NCBI GenBank assembly: GCA_951406725.2
Contig: OX597816.1
Span: forward strand, 158,782,001-158,846,000
Reading direction: 5' to 3'
DNA length: 64,000 nucleotides
Source: Octopus vulgaris
Taxonomy: Eukaryota
Below the pieces are notes generated by a model. It was not told where the DNA came from. It saw only the letters and a program-made list of their open reading frames with translations, and did not search any database. Numbering within the stretch: the stretch's first letter is position 1; every line of letters starts with the position of its first letter. Below are positions 54,472 to 64,000 of the stretch, in pieces. Made by a program: the position numbers and the translations under genes.

Positions 54472-54986
54472 ATATTCTTCACTGATTATACCAATTCTTT
54501 CAAAACCTTACTACTTTTTATTGTACAAAAATACAAGTGTAACCTCAATTCATTGATTTACAAACACAATAACACTGCAGTGAGACACAAGCAAAAAGAA
54601 CAGCAAACAAAAAAAAAAAAGAAACTTCCTAAACATTCAACCAGGTTCTGCAGCTGTTTACTCTGGTTTATTTGAATAAAAGCTGCTCTTTGATATCAAG
54701 CCTTTGTCAATAGTGTTAAAATTCCTTTATAGATGATTGCATTTGACTGTCTGATTGGGTACCTATTATCTATATTATGTAGACACTTACACATGACAGC
54801 TAATCTTTTCAAATCAACATGGAAGCTTCTATATCAAGTTTGGATAGTCTTTTTTTCCCTATCAGTGAACCTTATGAGGCATTGCCCATTGTAAATCAAG
54901 CCACACATCTAAAAGAATAATTTAACAAACAACATATATATATAGTACAAGGTACACTGTGCGTATGTGTATACACATTATATATA

Positions 54987-55829
54987 CAAGGTGCGATAAG
55001 TAAATTGTCGCCATTTTATATTTTTAATTTCATGCATGCACATTGTTTGTTTTTGATTTTGTTGACTACACAGTATAGTAGGGTCAGTTGGGCACCGTCG
55101 GTGGCAAAAACAGCACCATGACAATTAACTCATCCAGAAATTTGGAAACGACATGCTGTACTGCTTTGCGTTCATGCCAGAAGCTCCAATACAAATGTTT
55201 CAGAGTGTTTGGGCATCAGTCTGGGGACATGTACCAAGAGTGATAAAAATCAAACATCCAGTCAACATCATGGTGTTTGGAGTGATCACTAGTGATGGCA
55301 ACATTACACCCCAATTCATCTTCCCACACGGCCTCAGACTCAACATGGAGGTCTACATCAAGTGCCTGGAGGTGGTAGTGCTGTCTTGGATCAAGAGGGT
55401 AGTTGCTGGAAGACCCTATGTTTGGCAACAGCACTCTGCACCATGCCACACAAAAATCCAGTCATGACTATCAGACAATTTCTGTGATCCACATCAGCCC
55501 TAACATCTAGCCACCCAACTCCCCAGATTGCCACCCCCTTGATTATTACATGTGGAGTACAGTTGAGTAAGAGACCAGCAAAACTCTTTGTAACACCAAA
55601 GATGGACTTGAAGGCAAGGATAATGGCAACATTCACCAACTTAAACAAGATCATCAAGAAGAGTTAGAGGCTGTGGCTCAAGTCAATGGTGATTTTATTG
55701 AATAAATTTACTCTTTAGTATTTCAAGATATTTTAACGTAATTTTGGTAAATATATCTGTTAAAATGAAATGTCAGTGTTATTTTAATTTTTGTGTAATT
55801 CAGACAACAGGTTTATTCACTGCACCCTG
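54987..55829 (+). mobile_element. Internally deleted Tc1/mariner DNA transposon (maT/DD37D-like motifs)
   Basis: TA|caaggtgc...gcaccctg|TA termini; peptide KHPVNIMVFGVITSDG...Y...L...RPYVWQQHSAPCHT, then in another frame PPNSPDCHPLDYYMW; catalytic residue altered and frame broken. Confidence 0.85.
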
Positions 55830-55879
55830 TAGACACACACATATTTATAATTATATACATACACACAAAATATATATAT

Positions 55880-55925
<46 letters not shown>

Positions 55926-56904
55926 CAGCAGAAAGCGTGGGAATGGTCAAAGTGAATTCAATAATTTGTCTTTCTGAGAAAAGCGAACAGTTTGGAAAAC
56001 CTGAAAGCCTCAGGGTAAATTGAAACTGTCATGCTCAGTGTCCTAAATTAAATTCCAGGTATTTTACAGCTTCAATTAATTCAGGTCAGCCATGCATGAA
56101 CTTTGTGACCACTCAACCTAATAAAAATAGCAGCTCCTAACTTGAATCACACCCAGAAATCTTTAAAAAATATAGAATGACACACAGACTGGATAATGTA
56201 GTCTTCAATACACTTAGATTGAAAAATAAGAGAGACGGTCATAACTGGAACAATTAAGATCCTAAGTCTGCATGATTAAGGCTGACCAGGGGTTAAACAA
56301 CAATCTTTATCTTTCTTTTATTTTTTTACTTGTTTCTGTTATTGAACTGTGGCCATACTGGGGCACTGCCTTGAAGGGTTTAGTCACACAAATTAAACCC
56401 AGTACTTACTTTTGTAAGCCTGGTACTTATTTTATCATTCCCTTTTGCAGAACTGCCAAGTTACAGGGGTGTAAACAAACCGACATCAGTCAAGCGGTGG
56501 TGGGTGACAGCACAGATGATATTAACACCAATAGAAAAGACTATGTGTACTCCATCCTATGAAGTTGTGGTAGATTGTACAAAGGCGAAACATGCCACCC
56601 ACTGAAAATAAGGGTAGTGGAACATTATAAAGCTGTGACACAAGGAGGTGTTGAAAAATTGGGTATAGCTGATCATGTAGGGAAAAACGGAGACCATCTT
56701 CCCCTGTGGGATTGAATTTAAAATTATACACAGAGAACACCACTGGAAAATACAAAAACTAAGAGGAAGCACATACGCTAGGACACAATAACCTCCTATG
56801 CAGACCTAGTGCAGATATGAGTAGAATATGGGAACCAGTGTTAATGAAGGATACAAAAATATTAGGTTTATAAGCCCTAAAAATTCACTCTATAATTGCT
56901 CACA

Positions 56905-57150
56905 AGCATATAGCATAATAGTTAAGAGTGCGGCTTACTAACCCAAAGATTCCAAGTTTAATTCCAGGCCGTGCCTTAAATAAATAATATTAACAATATC
57001 AGCAAAAAATACCTTAGGTACGAGAACCCAGGGTTGGGTTCAAAATTCCACCAGGACACCTGATGAAGGCTGGAAAGTAAATCAGCCGGAATGTGGTGGT
57101 AGCAACAAACAAGAGGATGACACACATTCGTCCAATGTAAATAATGTATT
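56905..57150 (+). mobile_element. SINE-like element: tRNA-like head plus hammerhead-like 3' part
   Basis: Head tagcataatagttaagagtgcggcttactaacccaaagattccaagtttaattcc (decayed A and B boxes), then acac-CTGATGA(57060)-a-ggctg...cagcc-GGAA-tgtggtg. Confidence 0.5.
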
Positions 57151-57285
57151 AACATTTTCATAAGAATGTTGATGGATACTGAGAGGAAAACCTGCTTCCT
57201 ATGACGGTAAAATGATCTTACTAATCTGGTTGTTGTCTTAGTTCTATGAATAGAAACAGCAGTTTTTAAAACTCAGGGTTTGTCT

Positions 57286-57737
57286 GGTGCACATGGTAGA
57301 GATGTAACCTGACCCCTCCTCAATTAAAATTTTTTTTTTTACGGAAACTCACACTTTCAGCAATGAGGATTCCAATTCTGAAATAAAATTTACAAAAATC
57401 GCCATTTCAGGATAGGCTGCTTGAAGGCTGTAGAATCAGGAGGGTGTTTTTTTTTTTGTTTTTTTTTGAAAAATTGAAATTTTACAAACAATTTTTTTTT
57501 TCAGAATCATAATCTCTGTATTTTTCTATGTATTTCACCCCAAAAAAAATTCTGAAAGAAGTGAAAAATAAAGAAATGGGGAAAGGAGGGGTGATTGAAA
57601 TTTTGAAGTTGTGATATTTGCCAATTTTTTTTTTTTTCAGAATTGGAATTTCCAGAACTGAAAACGTGGGTTTCCATAAAAAAGAAAATTAAAAAATAAA
57701 GCGGGAGGTGCTGGGTTATGTCTCTGCCATGTGTGCC
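57286..57737. mobile_element. MITE with ~100-bp imperfect TIRs and 8-bp TSD-like flanks
   Basis: ggtgcacatggtagagatgtaacc ... ggttatgtctctgccatgtgtgcc; flanks gtttgtct / atttgtct; related sequence at ~63340-63770. Confidence 0.6.
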
Positions 57738-58001
57738 ATTTGTCTAAACCACTGTAACCATTTCAAAAGTTGGTTCATCTGGGATTCTTGACAATAAGAG
57801 AGCTAGTTTCTTTTTGAAGACACCTACATCCACCCCATGCAGGTCTCTCAGGTCCTTCAGAGAATATTGAAGAGCTGTGGTCCTTTAAAGTCCTGGCTGT
57901 TACAATATTTTGTCCTATATTTTTATGGCAAAGTTGGAATCTTTACCACTATGCAGTGGCACCCTGTTCTAGCATTAGTGTAGCATTCTTGTCCCATTTT
58001 G

Positions 58002-58042
<41 letters not shown>

Positions 58043-58398
58043 TTATAAAATGAGATAGGGGTTGAAAATTCAACCCACCATGGGATAATATATATCCAAT
58101 ATACTGCTAGATAGGTACCCAACAAAACTAATACATAGATGTTAAAAATTGCCAAACAATCAGTTCATCTATTGTATTATATGGGTAAAGGTAATAATAT
58201 TACCGTAAATTAATACTACAAAATTAGAAAATGGAGAAACATACTTAAATCAATAAAACATCAACTATCAGATGATACCCAATCAATACTTTATTACACC
58301 ATTACATATCAGTAAAGGCATTATACAAAATATACAGTAAAAGTAAATAGACAAAGAGATATAAGTATAAAATTTCAAATATAATATGTAATTAAATC

Positions 58399-58514
58399 AA
58401 ATCTGACAGCTGTTTCGGCAGTGAGGGCAGTCATACCTCATTTAACCTATAAGCCATAAAGGCAGGTATAAATGAGGCATTAACAAGGATGCCCCACGGC
58501 CTCTTCAGAGAATT
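58399..58514 (-). ncRNA. Type I hammerhead ribozyme (mirror copy)
   Basis: Reverse complement of the 59138-59253 motif. Confidence 0.75.
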
Positions 58515-59137
58515 AAATTTGTTATAATTGTGAAAAAGATTATTTAACCATATACATATAAATATAAAAATGTAAAATATAAAAACTTATACATAAACTT
58601 CATAATGCTACACTTATATAATATAATACTCATTGGTACAATAATGCAAGGTAAACAGAACAAAATAAAACAAAATATATATCAGTGTATATATTAATAT
58701 TAATAAGCACCGTTATTATACATATTTGGCTAATAGTTTTTAAAAAAAACTAACACATAGGGAGATGAAAAATAATAATTAAAACCATGGTTCAGTTCAT
58801 AAAATTATAAAGCTATAAAAGTCAAAAAAAGCTTTATAATTTTATGAACTGAACCATGGTTTTAATTATTATTTTTCATCTCCCTATGTGTTAGTTTTTT
58901 TTAAAAACTATTAGCCAAATATGTATAATAATGGTGCTTATTAATATTAATATATACACTGATATATATTTTGTTTTATTTTGTTCTGTTTACCTTGCAT
59001 TATTGTACCAATGAGTATTATATTATATAAGTGTAGCATTATGAAGTTTATGTATAAGTTTTTATATTTTACATTTTTATATTTTTATATTTATATGTAT
59101 ATGGTTAAATAATCTTTTTCACAATTATAACAAATTT

Positions 59138-59253
59138 AATTCTCTGAAGAGGCCGTGGGGCATCCTTGTTAATGCCTCATTTATACCTGCCTTTATGGCT
59201 TATAGGTTAAATGAGGTATGACTGCCCTCACTGCCGAAACAGCTGTCAGATTT
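59138..59253 (+). ncRNA. Type I hammerhead ribozyme with extended stem II
   Basis: tct-CTGAAGA(59144-59150)-ggccgtggggca...tgccctcactgcc-GAAA(59236)-c-agct-GTC(59245-59247)-aga: intact core, stem I tct/aga, palindromic AGCT loop III as described for minimal PLE hammerheads. Confidence 0.8.
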
Positions 59254-59431
59254 GATTTAATTACATATTATATTTGAAATTTTATACTTATATCTCTTTG
59301 TCTATTTACTTTTACTGTATATTTTGTATAATGCCTTTACTGATATGTAATGGTGTAATAAAGTATTGATTGGGTATCATCTGATAGTTGATGTTTTATT
59401 GATTTAAGTATGTTTCTCCATTTTCTAATTT

Positions 59432-59470
<39 letters not shown>

Positions 59471-59552
59471 ATAGTGTACACTTAAACACAAGAAAAAACT
59501 ACCTTTAACAGGTAATTTTTACAAGCGAGAAGAAGCAGTCAAAATGAGCAAA

Positions 59553-59757
59553 ACCACATTTTAGACCACTTTTCGAAGGGAATGAAAAATAAAAACTTTT
59601 ACCTTGTTATTTTTTGCAGTTATACCTAGGTTTCAAATTTCTTTAGCAAATTATTTTATTTGCTAAAGAAATTTGAAACCTAGGTATAACCATAAAAAAA
59701 TAACAAGGTAAAAGTTTTTACTTTTCATTCCCTTCGAAAAATGCTCTAAAATGTGGT
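59553..59757. repeat. Foldback/MITE-like palindrome, ~100-bp arms with 6-nt loop
   Basis: accacattttag...ctttagcaaat-tatttt-atttgctaaag...ctaaaatgtggt. Confidence 0.85.
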
Positions 59758-61926
59758 ACTTTGCGAACGAATGATCTTGCAACATTTAGAAAGTTGCTAA
59801 TTTCTAAATCACTGTGGTTTGCATGTATAGCAAGTAGAAATTTATAGAAAAACAAAAGACAAAGACAGGTGTATGAACAACAAACAGGTGTATTAGTTTG
59901 ACACTCATGTTTGTGTGTGTGTGGTGGGCTTCTTGGATAGTCCAGGGTTATAGCAGAAGACACTTGTCAAAGATGCCATGCAGTGGCACAGAATCCAAGA
60001 CCACATGGTAGGGAAGCAAGTTTCTACACCACATAGCCATACCTGTGCTTATCGATGTGAAACTGAAAATAACTCAAGCTCAACTACCAGACTTATAAAA
60101 AAAATTTTTTTAAGTACTGGTGGTTGGTTTGTTTGACTAAATTTTTCAAGGCGATACTCCAGTGTGGCCGCAATTCAATGCCTGAAACAAGTTTAAAATT
60201 ATCGGACTTTTTCATCCTAAATACTTTTCTATCGGCTTTTTACCACAAATTCTGATAAGGATAAATAAATTATATACTGTTGTTACTAAGAAAGATACCC
60301 CGAATTTCAAATTAACACACTGTGATTTGAGAAGAACCAGTACTGGCCCTTTTATTCCGAAAGACCGTTAACCCTTCTTTTTATGTAACGATATAAACAA
60401 GTTTATCTACATCAAGGATATTAACTACAAAGCTCTCATAGCCCCTCTCTCTCTTCCTCTTCTTTACATCAACTGGGTCGAATTCTTTTGGTCTTTAGTT
60501 CGCTTGTAAACTGTTTGACTCCTTTATCAGGTTATTTTAACAAGATTTGTCAGGGGTGTTTTATAAATAAACATTACTGCCTTTTCATTTTAACTCATAA
60601 AATATATTTGCATGTTCATAATAATAAAACAAACAACACAAATCTGTCTGTTTAGACACTTTTATCTGTGTGATTTCAATAAGAGAAATCACTCAGAAAT
60701 GATTTCCAAATTTCAGTATTTGTTTACTTTTAATCCTGAAATAAAAAACAGCAATGTGATAAATAATATTTATTTCGTGATTATTTACGTAACTAATATT
60801 ACACAAATCACTAAATACGATGTAATTCCCAAATACACAAGTAATCACTATTTGATGAGCCAATCGCAATAAAATAGCCAGAGTAATTGCCGGCAGATTC
60901 TGGCTAGTTTGTAATTTCAAATTGCTTTAGCTTTTCTATTTAATGAGATCATCTATCAATTTTCAATGTGCATTTGGATAAATCCAATACGATTACATTG
61001 CCTAATGATCCATTAACCCTAATTTTTTTTTACACATTGCGACAAATCCACATAATTTAGTAGTGCAGGGTTTTACATGCGATTGAATTTTAGGACGTAT
61101 CGGATCGATATTTTATTAACCCCCTGGGGATGAAATATAAAGGGACTAGACGAGACTTTAGATTTTGGTCAAAGAGGTGACGATCCTAAAGCGTTGCCTG
61201 GCATCTAAGCAAATGATGACAATGTTAGGAATGGTTTAAAATTATTAGAACGAGCCGAAGATTGAGCTTCAACGTGACCACTCGAATTGCTAGAAATAGT
61301 AACCAAATCTCCATATTAATGTCTTGAATAGTGTCTAACAAAAATTTTTTTTTTTAAAAAAAGGGAAAAAAGAAAGAAAAAATGGGAATGCTTGTAATCG
61401 CGAATCCTTTGATGTTGGATCAGGGCAGATCAAAGACTGAAAGAAATTACATTTTTACGGTTTTATTTTGCAATGAACTGGATATATTGTATGGCGCGCG
61501 TGTATACATAACGTTATTAGGTAACTTCAATCACTTCATATTAATTTCCAACCCAAGGCATGAGGCAGAGACAGTCAATCAAACAAAACAGTATACTACT
61601 GGTATTATTATGTTGAGCAAATCGCAGGATGATGAAAAGCAAAGTGATCTTCAGCATGACTTGAACTCAGCGGAATGAAACTAAATACCATAATGCAATT
61701 TTGTGTGTGATGTTTTGCTAATGCAACCTTTCCATCTATTATATATACAGTTATATATATATCATACGACTATTAGAGGCCAACCCCACAAATTATTGAA
61801 AGTCAAGAGACAAACGTAAACCTCGCCAAGGTGTGTTCTTTATATATATTAACATTAATTCAAGATAAAGAGCAGTGGGATTGGTTGGGTTGTCTTAAGA
61901 TTGCAATAGACAGAAATATATATATA

Positions 61927-62149
61927 CTTTATTTAAAGCAGCAGAAAATTCAGCAAAATCTGTTACTCTGAGTTTCTCGTTGCCGTTCATCAGACAGTTT
62001 TTACAAAAACTGTCTGATGAACGGCAACGAGAAACTCAGAGTAACAGATTTTGTTGAATTTTCTGCTGCTTTAAATAAAGCATATTACTATACCACTGGT
62101 ATTTGAGTACTCTTTTTTCCCACCTTGTTTCACATTTATGTGTTTACTC

Positions 62150-62152
<3 letters not shown>
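61927..62152. mobile_element. Short palindromic pLTR-like element in (TA)n, with a hammerhead on both strands
   Basis: Arms 61927-62002 and 62005-62080, followed by a unique tail to the (TA)n run. Confidence 0.75.
62006..62052 (+). ncRNA. Minimal type I hammerhead (stem II closing pair mutated)
   Basis: aaaactgt-CTGATGA(62014)-acg-GCAA-cga-GAAA-ctcaga-GTA(62041)-acagatttt; stem I ctgt/acag; GNRA loop on stem II. Confidence 0.65.
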
Positions 62153-62194
<42 letters not shown>

Positions 62195-62198
<4 letters not shown>

Positions 62199-62597
62199 TA
62201 AAAAGCGGTAAGATAACAAAAGAAAGAAAAAGACCTCAATATTATGTAAATAGAGGAAATTTATCTGTAAAATAATATGCTACAATTACTCAATAGTCAA
62301 GATAAAACTCTGAGTTTCAGATGCCGAAGTGGAAATCCACAACACCATCTCTTCATATGCTTATCTCTGGTGTGTTTACGTCCCCGTAACTAAGCGGTTC
62401 GGTAAAAGAAACCGATAGAATAAGTACTAGGCTTACAAAGAATAAGTCCTCGGGTCGATTTGCTCGACTAAAGGCGGTGCTCCATCTCTTCGGTTATCTG
62501 GCCAGATAACCGAAGAGATGGTGTTGTGGATTTCCACTTCGGCATCTGAAACTCAGAGTTTTATCTTGACTATTGAGTAATTGTAACATATTATTTT
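62195..62597. mobile_element. Palindromic pLTR-like element with a variant hammerhead and a captured inverted SINE segment
   Basis: Arms ~62269-62354 plus 62482-62501 versus 62502-62597; motif agataa-CCGAAGA(62510)-gatg...catct-GAAA-ctcaga-GTT-ttatct. Confidence 0.65.
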
Positions 62598-62616
62598 TTA
62601 TATATATATATATATA

Positions 62617-63015
62617 TCTTTATATATAAAAGTCAAGTTGTGTGTCTGTCTCCTACGATTTAGATTCCTAACTACTCCCACATTTTGCGGTGCAGTTTAA
62701 CCAAAACCGGGTATCTTATAGTCGTGATTCATATCGAGCCCTTCTGGGTATTAGCGCGCGTCTACGATGAGTCTACGATTTAAAAAAAAAATTACCATCA
62801 TTTTTTTCCCATTTTAATGCATTTTTTCGCTATTATATAAGAGAAGTAACTCTCTAAAAATGTCTACGATGAGTCAACGATTTTTTAAAAAAATTTACCA
62901 TCATTTTTATCCCATTTTTAATGCATTTTTTTGCTATTTTTTGGCTATAACTCTCTAAAAATGCTTATATAGTTATTTCCCTTACAAACCCGAGCAACGC
63001 CAGGCGATACTGCTA

Positions 63016-63016
<1 letters not shown>
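62617..63016 (+). mobile_element. Non-autonomous Helitron-like element
   Basis: 5' TC, 3' hairpin cccgagcaacgccagg followed by CTAG, inserted between A and T of a TA tract; internal ~100-bp duplication. Confidence 0.8.
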
Positions 63017-63067
<51 letters not shown>

Positions 63068-63223
63068 TGTTTCCGTCATTTGACTGCGGCCATGCTGGAG
63101 CACCGCCTTTAGTCGAGCAAATCGACCCGAGGACTTTTCTTTGTAAGCCTAGTACTTATTCTATCGGTTTCTTTTACCGAACCGCTAAGTTACGGGGACG
63201 TAAACACACCCAAAATAAGCATA

Positions 63224-63272
<49 letters not shown>

Positions 63273-63296
63273 TAGATGTGTGTGTATGTATGTATG

Positions 63297-63339
<43 letters not shown>

Positions 63340-63932
63340 TCAAGGCAAAACTTCCTTTTGTTTCCTCCCCGCAAACACCCCTTTTTTCTTTTTTTTTTCC
63401 CCTTCTACACAAACCCTCGTTTTCGGCTACTACAGAGAAAACGAACCTGCAAAAAAAATTGGCAAAAATCGGCATTTTGAAATTACCCCTCCCCCACCCC
63501 TAATTTCTACATTTTAAAACTTTTTTTTTTCAAAATATGCAAGAAAATACGGAGATTATGATTCTGAAAATATTTCCAGAATTTTTTTTACTTACGGTTA
63601 CGGAAAAAAGTGAAAAATGAATAAATTGGAGGGAGGGAGGGGAGGGGCGAAATTTGAAAATGTCAATTTTTGGCAATTTTCCGGAATCTCCATATCCGAA
63701 AACGGGGGATTTTGGAAAAAAAAAGGGAGAAAATGGGGTGGGAGGGTGGCTGGAGGAAGGCTTGAATATACACATGAATGAATTAAGCGTGCTAAAACTG
63801 TTACGTATGCACACAAATATACATAGCTATTACATAAAATTGTGGGTAATTGTTCAGTTTAATTATATAAAAAAATGTAAATAAAATTGAGCGATAAGTT
63901 GTAAAAGAAGCAGTTTACTTTTTTATACAGCA

Positions 63933-64000
63933 CTAGCAGTATCGCCCGGCGTTGCTCGGGTTTGTAAGGGAAATAACTATATAAGCATTTTTAGAGAGTT
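63933..64000 (-). mobile_element. 3' end of a Helitron-like element (continues beyond the window)
   Basis: ctagcagtatcgcccggcgttgctcggg is the reverse complement of the hairpin-CTAG end. Confidence 0.8.

Larger units (their letters stand above)
58041..59432. mobile_element. Non-coding PLE pLTR-like element in inverted (head-to-head) duplication, inserted in (TA)n
   Basis: Arms 58220-58814 and 58830-59432 are near-perfect reverse complements around a 15-nt loop; each carries a hammerhead; (TA)n flanks both sides. Confidence 0.8.

Noticed and set aside
57860-57912. Possible additional hammerhead (aatat-TGAAGA-gc...)
   Set aside because: GAAA is missing and the stems are unconvincing.

Overview
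AT-rich eukaryotic, repeat-dense non-coding DNA. The SINE/LINE repertoire and the abundant (TA)n/(CA)n/(CATA)n microsatellites suggest an octopus (coleoid cephalopod) genome; this is inferred from recalled repeat families, not from a search. There is no long intact gene, and nearly all supplied ORFs are microsatellite or SINE translations. Recognisable mobile DNA: several tRNA-derived SINE families, RTE-clade LINE fragments, a decayed Penelope-like (PLE) RT, a Tc1/mariner remnant, piggyBac-, hAT- and other MITEs, and non-autonomous Helitrons. The main unexplained structure is a set of about eight unrelated-looking small elements, mostly lodged in (TA)n tracts, that carry type I hammerhead ribozyme cores (CUGANGA...GAAA...NUH). 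Three are head-to-head palindromes (one with ~600-bp arms), and one is fused behind a tRNA-like SINE head. Two secondary leads are minus-strand micro-exon candidates that join into a peptide resembling a kainate-type glutamate receptor N-terminus, and a ~55-bp repeat array with a conserved GNRA-loop hairpin.
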